Numbered from the stretch's first letter, positions 9,256-20,068 are shown. The stretch: 30,080 nt of DNA from Pseudomonadota bacterium (GCA_918234285.1 CAKJXZ020000038.1:1-30080), one strand, 5' to 3'. Translations and numbers: made by a program. Notes: generated by a model not told the origin, from the sequence alone.

Positions 9256-10032
9256 ATGCTGTATATTCGGTCTTTTTTAACCAATATTCTCTTTTTCGGG
9301 ACTCTGATGGTGGGGTGCACAATTCAGCTGATTTTGGCGTTTTTCCCGCGAAAAGTAACCATTTATTTTTGGGATAATATCATTATGCCGGTTGCCTTGT
9401 TTTGGATACATTTTTTCGGCGGTATAAAATTCGAAATACGTGGTAAAGAAAACATCAAAAAACAACACGCAATTTATGCCTGTAAGCATGAGTCGGCGCT
9501 GGAAACTTATTCCTTTACGCAATTTGTGCCGACTATCACTTATATTTTGAAAAAAGAACTGATTTATATGCCGTTTTTCGGCTGGACACAGTACTTCTAC
9601 GGCATGATACCGGTTGATCGTAAAGGTGGTGCCTCGGCTATGAAAAATATGGTCAGATCGGTTAAAAAACAGACGGATACCGGCCGTCCGGTGGTTATTT
9701 TTCCGGAAGGAACCCGTTGTTTGCCGGGAACTACCAAAGGTTATAAATCCGGAATTTACTTTTTGGCCGAAAACATTAATCTGCCGGTTGTTCCGGTTGC
9801 CTTAAATACCGGTTTGTTCTGGGCAAAGAACTCGTTTTTGCGCTATCCGGGTACGGCGGTGTTTGAATTTTTGCCGGCCATCAGCGCTGAGGGTAAGACT
9901 AAAGAAGAATTTATGAAGGAATTACAATCGGTTATAGAAGCTAAATGTGTAGAGCTTAATGAAGAGGCAGCTGCCAAATATCCGCACGCGGCCAAGATGT
10001 TGGAACAAATTCGACAAGAGGCAAAACAATGA
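9256..10032 (+). CDS. plsC: 1-acyl-sn-glycerol-3-phosphate acyltransferase (PlsC family)
   Basis: KHESALET (variant of HxxxxD), LKKEL, PFFGW, IFPEGTR, VVPVALN. ATG 9256 after AGGAG. Confidence 0.88.
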   Translation: MLYIRSFLTNILFFGTLMVGCTIQLILAFFPRKVTIYFWDNIIMPVALFWIHFFGGIKFEIRGKENIKKQHAIYACKHESALETYSFTQFVPTITYILKKELIYMPFFGWTQYFYGMIPVDRKGGASAMKNMVRSVKKQTDTGRPVVIFPEGTRCLPGTTKGYKSGIYFLAENINLPVVPVALNTGLFWAKNSFLRYPGTAVFEFLPAISAEGKTKEEFMKELQSVIEAKCVELNEEAAAKYPHAAKMLEQIRQEAKQ

Positions 10033-11765
10033 AGACCATCGGCAAATTAATCAAGGCGACCTGCACCGCGTTGGGTGCAATTATGTTGATATGTATCGTT
10101 ATATGTACGGTATTCGGTATGTATGGTAGCGCTACTCCGATTCAAGCTCATTCGGTTATTACCGTTGATTTCAGTCACGATTTCAGCGAACAGGCTACCG
10201 ATAACATCTTGGATGAACTTATCGGACGAGAAAGTATGCGTTTTGCCGATTTGCTCAAATCAATTGAGGTAGCGGCAACCGACCGGCGGATTGACGGGAT
10301 TGTCGCCAGATTGGATATTTCTGACTTAAAGCTGGCGCAAATACAAGATGTGGCGCGGGCGATTACCACTTTTTGCAAAAGCGGAAAAAAGGCATATGTA
10401 TTTTCGCAGGGTTTCGGCCCGTTGGGGCAGGGTAACCGCGAATATTATCTGGCCTCTTTCTTTGATAAAATCTATATGCAGCCGCATACCACCATCGGCT
10501 TAACCGGTATCGGCATCGAGTTGCCGTTTGCCCGCTCGATTTTGGATAAGTTGGGGGTTTATCCCGAATTTTATATGCGTTATGAGTATAAAACTGCCAT
10601 GATGTCGTTTACCGATGAGCATATTTCGGCGGCTTATATGGCGGAAATGACACGCCTCGGCAACAGCCTGATGACTGATTTGAAAAAAGATATCGTCAAC
10701 AATCGTCAGCTGACGACCGATATCGACACTGTTATCGCCACAGCGCCGCTCAGTGCGGAAAAAGGCAAGGAATATAATCTGATTGACGGGATTATGTATT
10801 TACCGGACTTGGAGGCCATGCTGAAAAAAGACGGAGCGGAGGAATTTGTTGCCGTTGAAGATTATGCGTCGCAGATACAGCCGAATGAAGGTGAATTGCC
10901 GACAATCGCCGTATTGAATTTAACCGGTCTTATCAACAGCGGCAAAAACACCACCGATTTTGACGGACAGGCGGTTATCGGCAGTCAGAGTGTGGCAGAA
11001 GATTTGGCGGAAATCGAAGAACTCGATAACTTAAAAGCCTTGGTGGTACGAATTGACAGCCCGGGAGGCAGTTATAACGCGGCCGATGAAATCTATTATG
11101 CCTTGAAGTTTTTAAAAAATAAAAAGAAGATTCCGATAATCGTTTCACAATCCGGCTACGCGGCATCGGGCGGCTATTTTGTTTCTCTGGCTGGTGACGT
11201 TATTATAGCGGAACCTACCACCATAACCGGCTCCATCGGTGTTTTGGGCGGAAAGTTCGTTTTGCAGGAATTATGGAATAAAATCGGCTTAAACTGGACC
11301 GAAATAAATATCGGTAAAAATGCCGGTATTCTTAGTATGAACCGACCTTTCAGCGCCGACGAAAAGAGCATTTTCAATCAATCTCTTGATGATGTTTATA
11401 AAGATTTCACAGCTAAAGTTACGGAAAATCGCCATCTGACCCAAAATATCGATAAAGTGGCGCGCGGACGAGTTTGGACCGGTAGCGAAGCGCTCGAATT
11501 GGGTCTGGTTGATAAACTCGGCGGTTACAGTATGGCAATCGGCGAGGCCAAAGATAAAGCGGGCATTGCGCCGAGTGCCAAAATAAAAATCATTACTTAT
11601 CCGCGTGAAAAAACACTGAGCGAGAAAGTGCGCGATATGGTAATGCAGAGCAAAGTCGATACAACAGATATTTTAACCCAAAGCGGTGTTGATATCCGTT
11701 ATTTAAAACTTTTCAAACGTTTGCAATATGATACTGTATTGTTACCGTTTATGTTGAATATTTAA
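10029..11765 (+). CDS. sppA: Signal peptide peptidase SppA (long form, S49)
   Basis: YYLAS, EYKTA, VRIDSPGGS, AASGGY, TITGSIGV, ARGRVWTG...GLVDKLGG. Confidence 0.93.
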   Translation: MKTIGKLIKATCTALGAIMLICIVICTVFGMYGSATPIQAHSVITVDFSHDFSEQATDNILDELIGRESMRFADLLKSIEVAATDRRIDGIVARLDISDLKLAQIQDVARAITTFCKSGKKAYVFSQGFGPLGQGNREYYLASFFDKIYMQPHTTIGLTGIGIELPFARSILDKLGVYPEFYMRYEYKTAMMSFTDEHISAAYMAEMTRLGNSLMTDLKKDIVNNRQLTTDIDTVIATAPLSAEKGKEYNLIDGIMYLPDLEAMLKKDGAEEFVAVEDYASQIQPNEGELPTIAVLNLTGLINSGKNTTDFDGQAVIGSQSVAEDLAEIEELDNLKALVVRIDSPGGSYNAADEIYYALKFLKNKKKIPIIVSQSGYAASGGYFVSLAGDVIIAEPTTITGSIGVLGGKFVLQELWNKIGLNWTEINIGKNAGILSMNRPFSADEKSIFNQSLDDVYKDFTAKVTENRHLTQNIDKVARGRVWTGSEALELGLVDKLGGYSMAIGEAKDKAGIAPSAKIKIITYPREKTLSEKVRDMVMQSKVDTTDILTQSGVDIRYLKLFKRLQYDTVLLPFMLNI

Positions 11766-11783
11766 TCAAAGAGGGTAAGAGTT

Positions 11784-12071
11784 ATGGCAATAGATAATTT
11801 GACGGTAAAGCAAATTGCGTTTTTATCCCGTCTGAAAGTTGAAGATGAAAAGGTAGAGGCAACCAAGGAGGAATTTAATAAAATTCTGAACTGGATTGAG
11901 GAATTGAATGAAGTGGATACCGATAAGATTGAGCCGCTGATATCGGTCAACGACACGGTGCTCAGAATGCGTGAAGATACGGTTACTTCAGGTAACTGTA
12001 AGGATGAAGTGCTGAAAAATGCCCCGGCCGCCGAATATGATTATTTTGCCGTACCGAAAGTTGTGGAGTAA
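11784..12071 (+). CDS. gatC: Asp/Glu-tRNA amidotransferase subunit C
   Basis: IAFLSRL, ELNEVDT, MRED, NAP...YFAVPKVVE; precedes gatA and gatB. Confidence 0.95.
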   Translation: MAIDNLTVKQIAFLSRLKVEDEKVEATKEEFNKILNWIEELNEVDTDKIEPLISVNDTVLRMREDTVTSGNCKDEVLKNAPAAEYDYFAVPKVVE

Positions 12072-12075
12072 AAAG

Positions 12076-13533
12076 ATGACAGATATTACCGAATTAACCG
12101 TAAGTGAAGCTCTGAATGCCCTGAAAAAACATGAATTTACCTCGGCCGAATTAACAGAGGCCTATTTGCGTCGGATGGAAAATAATCGGCAATACAACGC
12201 CTATATTACAGAAAGTGCCGATACAGCCATGGAACAGGCCAAAGAGGCGGATAAACGCTATGCCGCCGGCACCAACCGCGCGCTTGAAGGCATACCGCTC
12301 GGCATTAAAGATCTATTCTGCACCAAAAATATTCGCACCACGGCGGCTTCGCATATTTTGGATAATTTCATACCGCCGTATGAGTCGACGGTTACGCAAA
12401 ATCTGCTCAATGACGGCGCGGTATTTCTGGGTAAATTGAATTTGGATGAGTTTGCCATGGGCGGCAGTAACGAAACCAGTTATTTCGGACCGGTTATCAA
12501 CCCGTGGAGCAAGGATAAACCGCTGGTTCCGGGCGGATCTTCCGGCGGTTCGGCCGCAGCCGTGGTAGCGCACTTATGCGCGGCGGCAATCGGTACCGAC
12601 ACCGGCGGTTCCATCAGAGAGCCGGCGGCATTTTGCGGCATCACCGGTATCAAACCTACTTACGGTCGTTGTTCTCGTTACGGTATTGTGGCATTTGCAT
12701 CATCTTTGGATCAGGCCGGACCGATTGCACAGGATGTACGTGATTGTGCAATTTTACTTAAGAGTATGGCCGGATTTGATGATAAAGACTCGACTTCGTG
12801 CGAAGTTCCGGTACCGGATTATGAAAGCTTTATGAACGGCGATGTTGCCGGCCTGACAATCGGAATGCCGAAAGAATATCGTCCGGAAGGTTTAAATCCG
12901 GAAGTTGCCGCATATTGGGACAAAGCAGCCGAATATCTTAAGGCTCGCGGTGCTAAAATTAAGGAAATATCGTTACCGCATACCAAGTATGCCTTGGCCA
13001 CGTATTATGTTTTGGCGCCGGCGGAAGCGTCGTCCAATTTGGCGCGTTATGATGGTATCCGCTATGGTTTCCGCGCTCCGGGGCAACAACATTTGGACGA
13101 TTTATACATTAATACCCGTACTCAGGGTTTCGGAGCCGAAGTCAGACGCCGCATTATGATTGGTACTTATGTTCTTTCTGCCGGCTATTACGACGCATAT
13201 TTCTTAAAGGCTCAGAAGATGCGCCGCCTGATACACGATGATTTTATTAACGCATTCAAAGAGTGTGATGTTATTCTGACACCGACATCGCCGATTACGG
13301 CTTTTCCGATAGGCGACGAAAGCATGTTGCAAAATCCGATTAATATGTATTTGAACGATGTGTTTACGGTTTCGGTGAATTTGGCCGGATTACCGGCGTT
13401 CAGCTTGCCAATCGGGCTTTCCGCCGAGGGCTTGCCGTATGGTATGCAGCTTATCGGTAAACCGTTTGACGAGGGTACGCTCTTTAATGTGGCGGCCAAA
13501 CTCGAGGCAGATGCAAAGTTTGAAAGGAAATAG
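12076..13533 (+). CDS. gatA: Asp/Glu-tRNA amidotransferase subunit A
   Basis: [62 protein letters not shown]. Start at ATG 12076. Confidence 0.97.
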   Translation: MTDITELTVSEALNALKKHEFTSAELTEAYLRRMENNRQYNAYITESADTAMEQAKEADKRYAAGTNRALEGIPLGIKDLFCTKNIRTTAASHILDNFIPPYESTVTQNLLNDGAVFLGKLNLDEFAMGGSNETSYFGPVINPWSKDKPLVPGGSSGGSAAAVVAHLCAAAIGTDTGGSIREPAAFCGITGIKPTYGRCSRYGIVAFASSLDQAGPIAQDVRDCAILLKSMAGFDDKDSTSCEVPVPDYESFMNGDVAGLTIGMPKEYRPEGLNPEVAAYWDKAAEYLKARGAKIKEISLPHTKYALATYYVLAPAEASSNLARYDGIRYGFRAPGQQHLDDLYINTRTQGFGAEVRRRIMIGTYVLSAGYYDAYFLKAQKMRRLIHDDFINAFKECDVILTPTSPITAFPIGDESMLQNPINMYLNDVFTVSVNLAGLPAFSLPIGLSAEGLPYGMQLIGKPFDEGTLFNVAAKLEADAKFERK

Positions 13534-13535
13534 AG

Positions 13536-14996
13536 ATGTCCGAATATGTAATTACAACCAACAAAGGAAAATGGGAAGTCATCGTCGGGTTGGAAATTCA
13601 CTGTCAGATTATTTCCAAATCCAAAATTTTCAGCAGTGCTTCTACCGAATTCGGTGACGACCCGAACGTTAATGTGTCGTTCGTTGATGCCGGTATGCCG
13701 GGAATGTTGCCAACACTCAATAAAGAATGTGTGCGTCAGGCGGTTAAAACCGGCTTGGGATTAAATGCCAAAATCAATAAATATTCGGAATTTTCACGCA
13801 AAAACTATTTCTATGCCGATATGCCGACTGATTATCAGATTACGCAATTCCGTTATCCGATTGTGGGAGAAGGGGAAATCACCGTCGATTTGAGCGACGG
13901 TAGTAGCAAAAAAATCGGAATCGAACGTATGCACATTGAGCAGGATGCCGGCAAATCCATTCACGATTTAAACCCGACCAAGAGTTATATCGATTTAAAC
14001 CGTGCCGGTGTCGGCCTGATGGAAATTGTGACCAAGCCTGATTTTCGTTCGCCGGAAGAAGCCGGGGCGTTTTTGCGTAAATTGCGCTCGATTGTGCGCT
14101 ATCTCGGTACTTGCGACGGCAATATGGATGAGGGTTCGATGCGTTGTGATGTCAACGTTTCGGTGCGTCCGTACGGTTCGACTGAGTTGCGTCCGCGCAG
14201 CGAAATGAAAAACGTCAACAGCGTAAAGTTTGTGATGCAGGCCATAGAAAACGAGGCCAAGCGCCATGTGGAAATATATGAGAACGGAGGAAAAATCGAG
14301 CAGGAAACCCGGCAGTTCGATCCGACTACCGGACAGAGTAAGTTGATGCGTAAAAAAGAATTTGCTCACGATTATCGCTATTTCCCGGAGCCGGATTTGC
14401 CGCCGCTGGTTCTCAGCGATGAATATATCGATGGTATAAAGGCAGAAATGATTGAGTTGCCGGACGCCAAAAAACAACGCTTTATCGAAACTTTAGGCCT
14501 TACTCCGTACGATGCCGCGGTTTTGTGTGAAAATAAAGAACATGCCGAATTCTTTGAAAAAGCAGCCGCCGGACACGATGCCAAAAAAGTAGCAAACTGG
14601 ATGATGAGCGATTTCTTTGCCATGCTTAACAAAAAACGTTTGGATATTGCCCAGAGTCCGGTAAGCGCTGAGAATCTAGGTAATTTGGTCGAACTCATAA
14701 GTAAAGAAGTCATCTCCGGCAAAATCGCCAAAGATGTGTTTGAAATTATGAGCGAAACCGGCGAAAATCCGGAAAAAATTGTAGAAGAAAAAGGCCTAAA
14801 ACAGGTTACTGATACCGGCGCCATCGAAAAAATTATTGATGATGTTATTGCTTCAAATCCGGACAACGTTGCCGCTTATAAAAACGGTAAAACAAATCTG
14901 GCTGGCTGGTTTGTAGGCCAAGTGATTAAAATGTCACAAGGTAAAGCCAATCCGGCAATCGTTAATAAATTAGTCAGAGAAAAATTGGATAAATAA
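13536..14996 (+). CDS. gatB: Asp/Glu-tRNA amidotransferase subunit B
   Basis: [50 protein letters not shown]. Confidence 0.97.
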   Translation: MSEYVITTNKGKWEVIVGLEIHCQIISKSKIFSSASTEFGDDPNVNVSFVDAGMPGMLPTLNKECVRQAVKTGLGLNAKINKYSEFSRKNYFYADMPTDYQITQFRYPIVGEGEITVDLSDGSSKKIGIERMHIEQDAGKSIHDLNPTKSYIDLNRAGVGLMEIVTKPDFRSPEEAGAFLRKLRSIVRYLGTCDGNMDEGSMRCDVNVSVRPYGSTELRPRSEMKNVNSVKFVMQAIENEAKRHVEIYENGGKIEQETRQFDPTTGQSKLMRKKEFAHDYRYFPEPDLPPLVLSDEYIDGIKAEMIELPDAKKQRFIETLGLTPYDAAVLCENKEHAEFFEKAAAGHDAKKVANWMMSDFFAMLNKKRLDIAQSPVSAENLGNLVELISKEVISGKIAKDVFEIMSETGENPEKIVEEKGLKQVTDTGAIEKIIDDVIASNPDNVAAYKNGKTNLAGWFVGQVIKMSQGKANPAIVNKLVREKLDK

Positions 14997-14997
14997 C

Positions 14998-17118
14998 ATG
15001 TGGATGAACAGTACAAACAGAGTAGATCAATCCGACGCGGTATCGCCGTTGAACCACGATGTGGCCGGCGCTTTTTCGCGTAAAGGTAAATTTATCAAAA
15101 AAATCAATCGAGATCCGCAGTGGTTTGATACTTGGTTGGTAACGTTATTTGTGTTCTTTTTGTTGGCAATAGATTTTATTTTATTTGCCGGCTCGGGAGA
15201 TTTACAAATCGTATCTTCGCATTATAAGCCGATTACCGAAGTGGCGATTATTCTCGGCGGTATTTTTATCGTCGCCGCATTATTGGTTGTACCTTTTCAT
15301 AGCCGAAGAAACGGCAAATACATAGTAGCAACTCTGATTTCCGCGCTGTTTGTATACATTGTTTTCAGCCAATTTTTCCTATATCGTCAGAATATCTCTC
15401 TAGGAGGAAGTCTGGTTCCGATTTCCATAATACTTGCTTTGCTTTTCGGTGGTTTGACCTTTGCTGTGTTTAAGCAAAAGAAGGTGTTTTTCAAGGTGTT
15501 GTATGTAATTGCGTTTGCGGTTATGTTTGCCAATGTGTATGTTGCATATTCCGGCACCGCGGAAAATAAGGAGTTTGAGGAAACTTACAATATCCAGCAT
15601 CCGAGCGATGCTCCGGCGGAAAGATTCATTTATCTGATGATGCCTAACTTTGAATCTTATGCTTATTTAAGTATGATGGATACCGACGCCGCCCGCGATA
15701 CGCAGGATATAATGCAGGGGTTCTATCAAAAGAATAAGTTTACGGTGTTTGCCAAGGCGTATGTCCCGGAGAACAACTATTTTGCCAATATGATTCGCAG
15801 TTTTAATCCGACTTCAAATGAGCTCAGCTTCAATCATCGTCTGAACACCAAGCTGCTGGACAGATATTGGAATTTCCATAATCTTAAGAACGAGTACATA
15901 TTTATTAAAAACAATGAGTTATATGATATATTCAAACAAAGATTGTTCAATATCTCCGCGTATAAATCCCGTGATTTTGATATGTGCCATCGTGAGCATC
16001 AGCTCAATGTTGACCGTTGCGTCGAAAAAATCAATAAGCCGATAAATCTGTATAATACACGGTTACCGGTTATGTCCCGCGCCGGAATTCTGGCGGTTGA
16101 ATGGATAACCAGTATGGGGCTGTTTAACGATGCTTCGTTTATCTACAACATTTTGGGCGCGGTAATGGATATAGAAGATGTGCCGATGGTTGGTACGAAC
16201 TTCAACAACCTGTATGTGGTTAATGCCGACAAAACATTTGATATTTTGCTTGATAATATCAAAGAGGATACGGGCAAGCAGGCATACTTTGTGTTTATTG
16301 ACCTGCCGTCGGATATGTATATCTATAACGAATATTGCGAAATCAAGCCGCAAAATGAGTGGGTTACCATGGTAAATCTGCCGTGGATACGGAAAAACTA
16401 TAAAGACGAGCGGCAAAACGCATATTTGGCGCAAATGCGTTGTTTGTTCGGTAAAATGGGCGAGTTCATGGATAATATGCGTGAGAACGGCTTACTGAAT
16501 AATACCTCAATCATTATTCAAGGCACCTCCGGCGTTAACGACTTTTCCACCGGCAATAATGACGTATCGGTAGAGCAAATTATCAATAATCGTATCGTAA
16601 ATATGGCTATCTACGACGATAAGGCAGATAAATATTCGACCGATGATCGTTTCTGCACCACCAATCAAATTCTTACCGAATATCTGTATCCGGATAGAAA
16701 ATGCGAAAACGATTTGACCGATTATCACCAGAAGATGGTAGATACCGTAAATCAGCAATTGAATTTATATAATCGCAATATCAATGTCGATAAAACGGCC
16801 GTATTTAATGCCTGGTTCAATACTTGGAAAGAACATAATGCCAATAGGCCGACGGATAATATTGCCATTGAAACTCACTTTGAAGAAGCCGTTGCGGAGC
16901 CGACGGTCTCAGCCGCCGAGAACTACGGCATCAACGACATAGCGGTTACCGATAACACCGGGAAAAAAGAGAGTAAGAACGAAGAAAAAGTTGAAGATCT
17001 TAATATCAGTAATCCCGATATTAATGCCAAAACACATATTAATACCGAAGCCGACATCGGTGGTAAAACGGATATTAATGACGAAGCAGATATCGACTCG
17101 GTGTTTGAGGAAAATTGA
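14998..17118 (+). CDS. Hypothetical membrane protein (about 5 N-terminal TMs plus a large soluble domain, possibly alkaline-phosphatase/sulfatase-like fold)
   Basis: 706-aa ORF in operon context. Hydrophobic N-terminal helices; RFIYLMMPNFESY and LLNNTSIIIQG resemble sulfatase-like beta strands, but catalytic residues are not recognisable. Confidence 0.6.
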   Translation: MWMNSTNRVDQSDAVSPLNHDVAGAFSRKGKFIKKINRDPQWFDTWLVTLFVFFLLAIDFILFAGSGDLQIVSSHYKPITEVAIILGGIFIVAALLVVPFHSRRNGKYIVATLISALFVYIVFSQFFLYRQNISLGGSLVPISIILALLFGGLTFAVFKQKKVFFKVLYVIAFAVMFANVYVAYSGTAENKEFEETYNIQHPSDAPAERFIYLMMPNFESYAYLSMMDTDAARDTQDIMQGFYQKNKFTVFAKAYVPENNYFANMIRSFNPTSNELSFNHRLNTKLLDRYWNFHNLKNEYIFIKNNELYDIFKQRLFNISAYKSRDFDMCHREHQLNVDRCVEKINKPINLYNTRLPVMSRAGILAVEWITSMGLFNDASFIYNILGAVMDIEDVPMVGTNFNNLYVVNADKTFDILLDNIKEDTGKQAYFVFIDLPSDMYIYNEYCEIKPQNEWVTMVNLPWIRKNYKDERQNAYLAQMRCLFGKMGEFMDNMRENGLLNNTSIIIQGTSGVNDFSTGNNDVSVEQIINNRIVNMAIYDDKADKYSTDDRFCTTNQILTEYLYPDRKCENDLTDYHQKMVDTVNQQLNLYNRNINVDKTAVFNAWFNTWKEHNANRPTDNIAIETHFEEAVAEPTVSAAENYGINDIAVTDNTGKKESKNEEKVEDLNISNPDINAKTHINTEADIGGKTDINDEADIDSVFEEN

Positions 17119-18128
17119 TGATTATAGCGGAGAAGGCACAGATATTTTATAAGAATAAACGCGCCTTCTGGTCGCTGGTATTGTTTGGCATAATCTTTCT
17201 TCTTTCGTTGTTTTCCGAACTTATCGCCAACGATAAGCCGTTGATTGTAAAATATAATAATCAGATATTGTTTCCGGCGCTGACTACATATTCCGACGCT
17301 TTTTTCGGCGGAGATTTTCCGACACCGGCCGACTATAACAATAAACTTATCAAAGAACAAATCAATGCTCACGGTTGGATGATTATGCCGCCGATACCGT
17401 ATTCGTTCAATACGGTGGATTATTATTTGGAAACCGCCACCCCATCGGCTCCCGATAAAAAACATTGGCTGGGTACGGACGAGGAGGGGCGCGATATTGT
17501 GGCGCGTTTATTGTACGGCATCAGATTATCGGTAATTTTTGCCTTTGTGCTGACCGTTATTTCCTCGGCCCTCGGGATATTCATCGGTGCAGTTCAGGGG
17601 TATTTTGGCGGTAAAATTGACCTCATTTTTCAAAGGGTCATTGAAATTTGGGACTCTTTGCCGCAACTGTTTATCTTAATCATTATTGCCAGTGTGTTTC
17701 TGCCAACATTTTGGAGTTTACTTGTTATTCTGTTACTGTTTTCGTGGACCGGTCTGACCGGAATGGTGCGGGCGGAGTTTTTGCGGTTGCGGAATTTTGA
17801 ATTTGTGAAGGCGGCCAAAGTGCTGGGAGTAAGCAATTTCCGTATTATGTTTCGCCATATTCTGCCGAATGCGTTGGTAACCTCGGTAACGTTTATTCCG
17901 TTTATTATGGCAGAGGCCATTACCTCGTTAAGTGCACTTGATTTTCTGGGATTAGGACTGCCTACCGATTATCCATCGCTTGGCGATTTGGTACGCCAGG
18001 GCAAGGATAATCTGCAAGCGCCGTGGATTGGAATCAGTATATTTGTGGTACTTTCCGGTCTGCTCTCAATGTTAATCTTTATCGGCGAGGGTATTCGCGA
18101 TGCTTTGGATACAAGGAAAAACGGATGA
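17115..18128 (+). CDS. yejE: Peptide ABC transporter permease (YejE/OppC-like)
   Basis: ELIANDKPL, FFGGDF, HWLGTDEEGRDIVARLLYG, GAVQGYFGG, VRAEFL, FRHILPNA, LDFLGLGLP, FIGEGIRDA. Confidence 0.85.
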   Translation: MMIIAEKAQIFYKNKRAFWSLVLFGIIFLLSLFSELIANDKPLIVKYNNQILFPALTTYSDAFFGGDFPTPADYNNKLIKEQINAHGWMIMPPIPYSFNTVDYYLETATPSAPDKKHWLGTDEEGRDIVARLLYGIRLSVIFAFVLTVISSALGIFIGAVQGYFGGKIDLIFQRVIEIWDSLPQLFILIIIASVFLPTFWSLLVILLLFSWTGLTGMVRAEFLRLRNFEFVKAAKVLGVSNFRIMFRHILPNALVTSVTFIPFIMAEAITSLSALDFLGLGLPTDYPSLGDLVRQGKDNLQAPWIGISIFVVLSGLLSMLIFIGEGIRDALDTRKNG

Positions 18129-19717
18129 GTTTGCTTGAAATTAAACATCTTTCTATTGCCTTTAATAACCGAGAAAATATTAAATTTCAGGCGGTTAATG
18201 ATATAAACTTAAAGTTAGAGCAGGGCGAAATTTTGGGAATTGTCGGTGAATCCGGCTCCGGTAAATCGGTCACGGCTTTATCGATTTTGGGTTTATTGCC
18301 GTACCCGAAAGCAGAGCATTCAGCAGAATCGTCGATTATTTTTGAAAATCAAGAACTTATCGGATTAAGTGAACGTGAATTTCAGAAAATCCGCGGCAAT
18401 AAAATTGCTTTTATCTTCCAAGAGCCGATGTCATCCTTAAATCCGTTGCATAAAATCGGCAAGCAAATCGCCGAAAGCCTGAAACTCCATCAAAACTTGA
18501 GTAATAACTTGAGTAATAAGGAAATTAAACAACGCACGATGGAGTTGCTGAAAGCGGTAAAAATACCCAATCCGGCAAAAAAAATCAATGCATATCCGTT
18601 CGAACTTTCGGGAGGGCAGCGGCAGAGGGTAATGATTGCGATGGCTATTGCCAATAATCCGCAGATTTTGATTGCCGACGAGCCGACAACCGCGCTTGAT
18701 GTTACCATTCAGGAACAAATCATTGATTTATTGTTGGAATTAAAGCAAAAACTAGGTATGGCGATTATTTTTATCAGCCACAATCTGCGCCTGGTGCATA
18801 AAATTGCCGACAACATCGCCGTAATGTATCAGGGTAATATTGTGGAATACGGTAGTGCCGAGCAGATTTTTAACCACCCGCAGCATAATTATACTAAAAA
18901 ATTAATATCCTCGAATTTGTTATTGAATTTACAAAATAAAAATCAAAATAATATATTATTAAAGGCTGAAAATATCGCAGTAAGTTTTCCGCTTAAAAAG
19001 AATTTATGGGGCAGGGTTATTGAAGAATTAAAAGCGGTAAATAACGTAAGTTTTGAGCTCAATAAGGGCGAAACCTTGGGAATTGTAGGTGAATCCGGCT
19101 CCGGTAAAACCACTTTGGCTATGTCTGTGGTGAATTTGATAAAGCATAAAGGGAAAATATATATTAAAAACAATAATGTATTTGAAGAAGTTAATCATTT
19201 TTCCAAAGACCTGCAAGTGGTATTTCAAGACCCGTATAACTCCTTGAATCCGCGCATGAATATCGCACAAATTATCGGTGAAGGCCTGACCGTGCATTAT
19301 CCGAAACTCAGCCGCGAAGAATATCTGGCCCAAATAAAGCAAATCGTGCGCGAAGTTGAATTGGATGAAAGCATATTAAATAAGTATCCGCACGAATTTT
19401 CCGGCGGGCAGCGCCAACGTATTGCTTTGGCGAGAGCGCTGATATTAAATCCGCAAATCATTATTTTGGACGAGCCGACCTCGGCTCTCGATGTCACGGT
19501 TCAGGCACAAGTCATCCGGCTGTTAAAAGAATTGCAATTCAAACATAATTTATCATACATTTTTATTTCGCACGATATGAATGCGGTGCGAGCGATGTCG
19601 CATCAGCTTATGGTTATGAAAGACGGCAAAGTTATCGAGCGCGGTCCGTCAGGCGAGATTTTTAACAATCCGCAGCATACGTACACCAAACAGCTGATAC
19701 GCGCGTCAATCTTATAA
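18125..19717 (+). CDS. yejF: Peptide ABC transporter ATP-binding protein with two NBDs (YejF-like)
   Basis: Two GESGSGK Walker A motifs, YPFELSGGQRQR and YPHEFSGGQRQR, two DEPT; ATGA overlap with the permease stop. Confidence 0.88.
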   Translation: MSLLEIKHLSIAFNNRENIKFQAVNDINLKLEQGEILGIVGESGSGKSVTALSILGLLPYPKAEHSAESSIIFENQELIGLSEREFQKIRGNKIAFIFQEPMSSLNPLHKIGKQIAESLKLHQNLSNNLSNKEIKQRTMELLKAVKIPNPAKKINAYPFELSGGQRQRVMIAMAIANNPQILIADEPTTALDVTIQEQIIDLLLELKQKLGMAIIFISHNLRLVHKIADNIAVMYQGNIVEYGSAEQIFNHPQHNYTKKLISSNLLLNLQNKNQNNILLKAENIAVSFPLKKNLWGRVIEELKAVNNVSFELNKGETLGIVGESGSGKTTLAMSVVNLIKHKGKIYIKNNNVFEEVNHFSKDLQVVFQDPYNSLNPRMNIAQIIGEGLTVHYPKLSREEYLAQIKQIVREVELDESILNKYPHEFSGGQRQRIALARALILNPQIIILDEPTSALDVTVQAQVIRLLKELQFKHNLSYIFISHDMNAVRAMSHQLMVMKDGKVIERGPSGEIFNNPQHTYTKQLIRASIL

Positions 19718-19759
19718 AATCGCTAATATATTGATAATATGTGGTTTTGTAATTATAAA

Positions 19760-19787
19760 ACTATACATAATATACATTATGCGACAA
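19760..19787 (-). other. dif: dif-like XerCD recombination site (probable chromosomal dif)
   Basis: Minus strand TTGTCGCATAA-TGTATA-TTATGTATAGT vs E. coli dif GGTGCGCATAA-TGTATA-TTATGTTAAAT: 21/28 identity with a contiguous 19-bp core. Intergenic, AT-rich, between converging gene blocks. Confidence 0.8.
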
Positions 19788-19872
19788 ATTTAATTATATA
19801 AACGCTTAGATTACACTCTTGCCTATAAATTCCTATAAATTATGTAATTTTCCTCTTATGCGATAAATTTAG

Positions 19873-20031
19873 ATAATTGCCAATAGTCGTGTTATTAATT
19901 ACGAGTCTGCTTATAAATCAATTCCTTCATCTGATAACAAAAAGTTTATTAATGATATGGTTGATAAAAAGAAAACAGCATTGGAAAGACAGAGTTTGAA
20001 TATATCAAGACAGAGAGTTTCTGATAAATAG
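19873..20031 (+). pseudogene. Orphan AT-rich gene fragment (52 open codons, no clear start/RBS)
   Basis: Open frame IIANSRVINYESAYKSIPSSDNKKFINDMVDKKKTALERQSLNISRQRVSDK* beginning immediately after a second XerC-arm copy. Confidence 0.35.
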
Positions 20032-20068
20032 TGTTTTTAATAAAAGGTTTATGAAAGTTTAAGTATCA

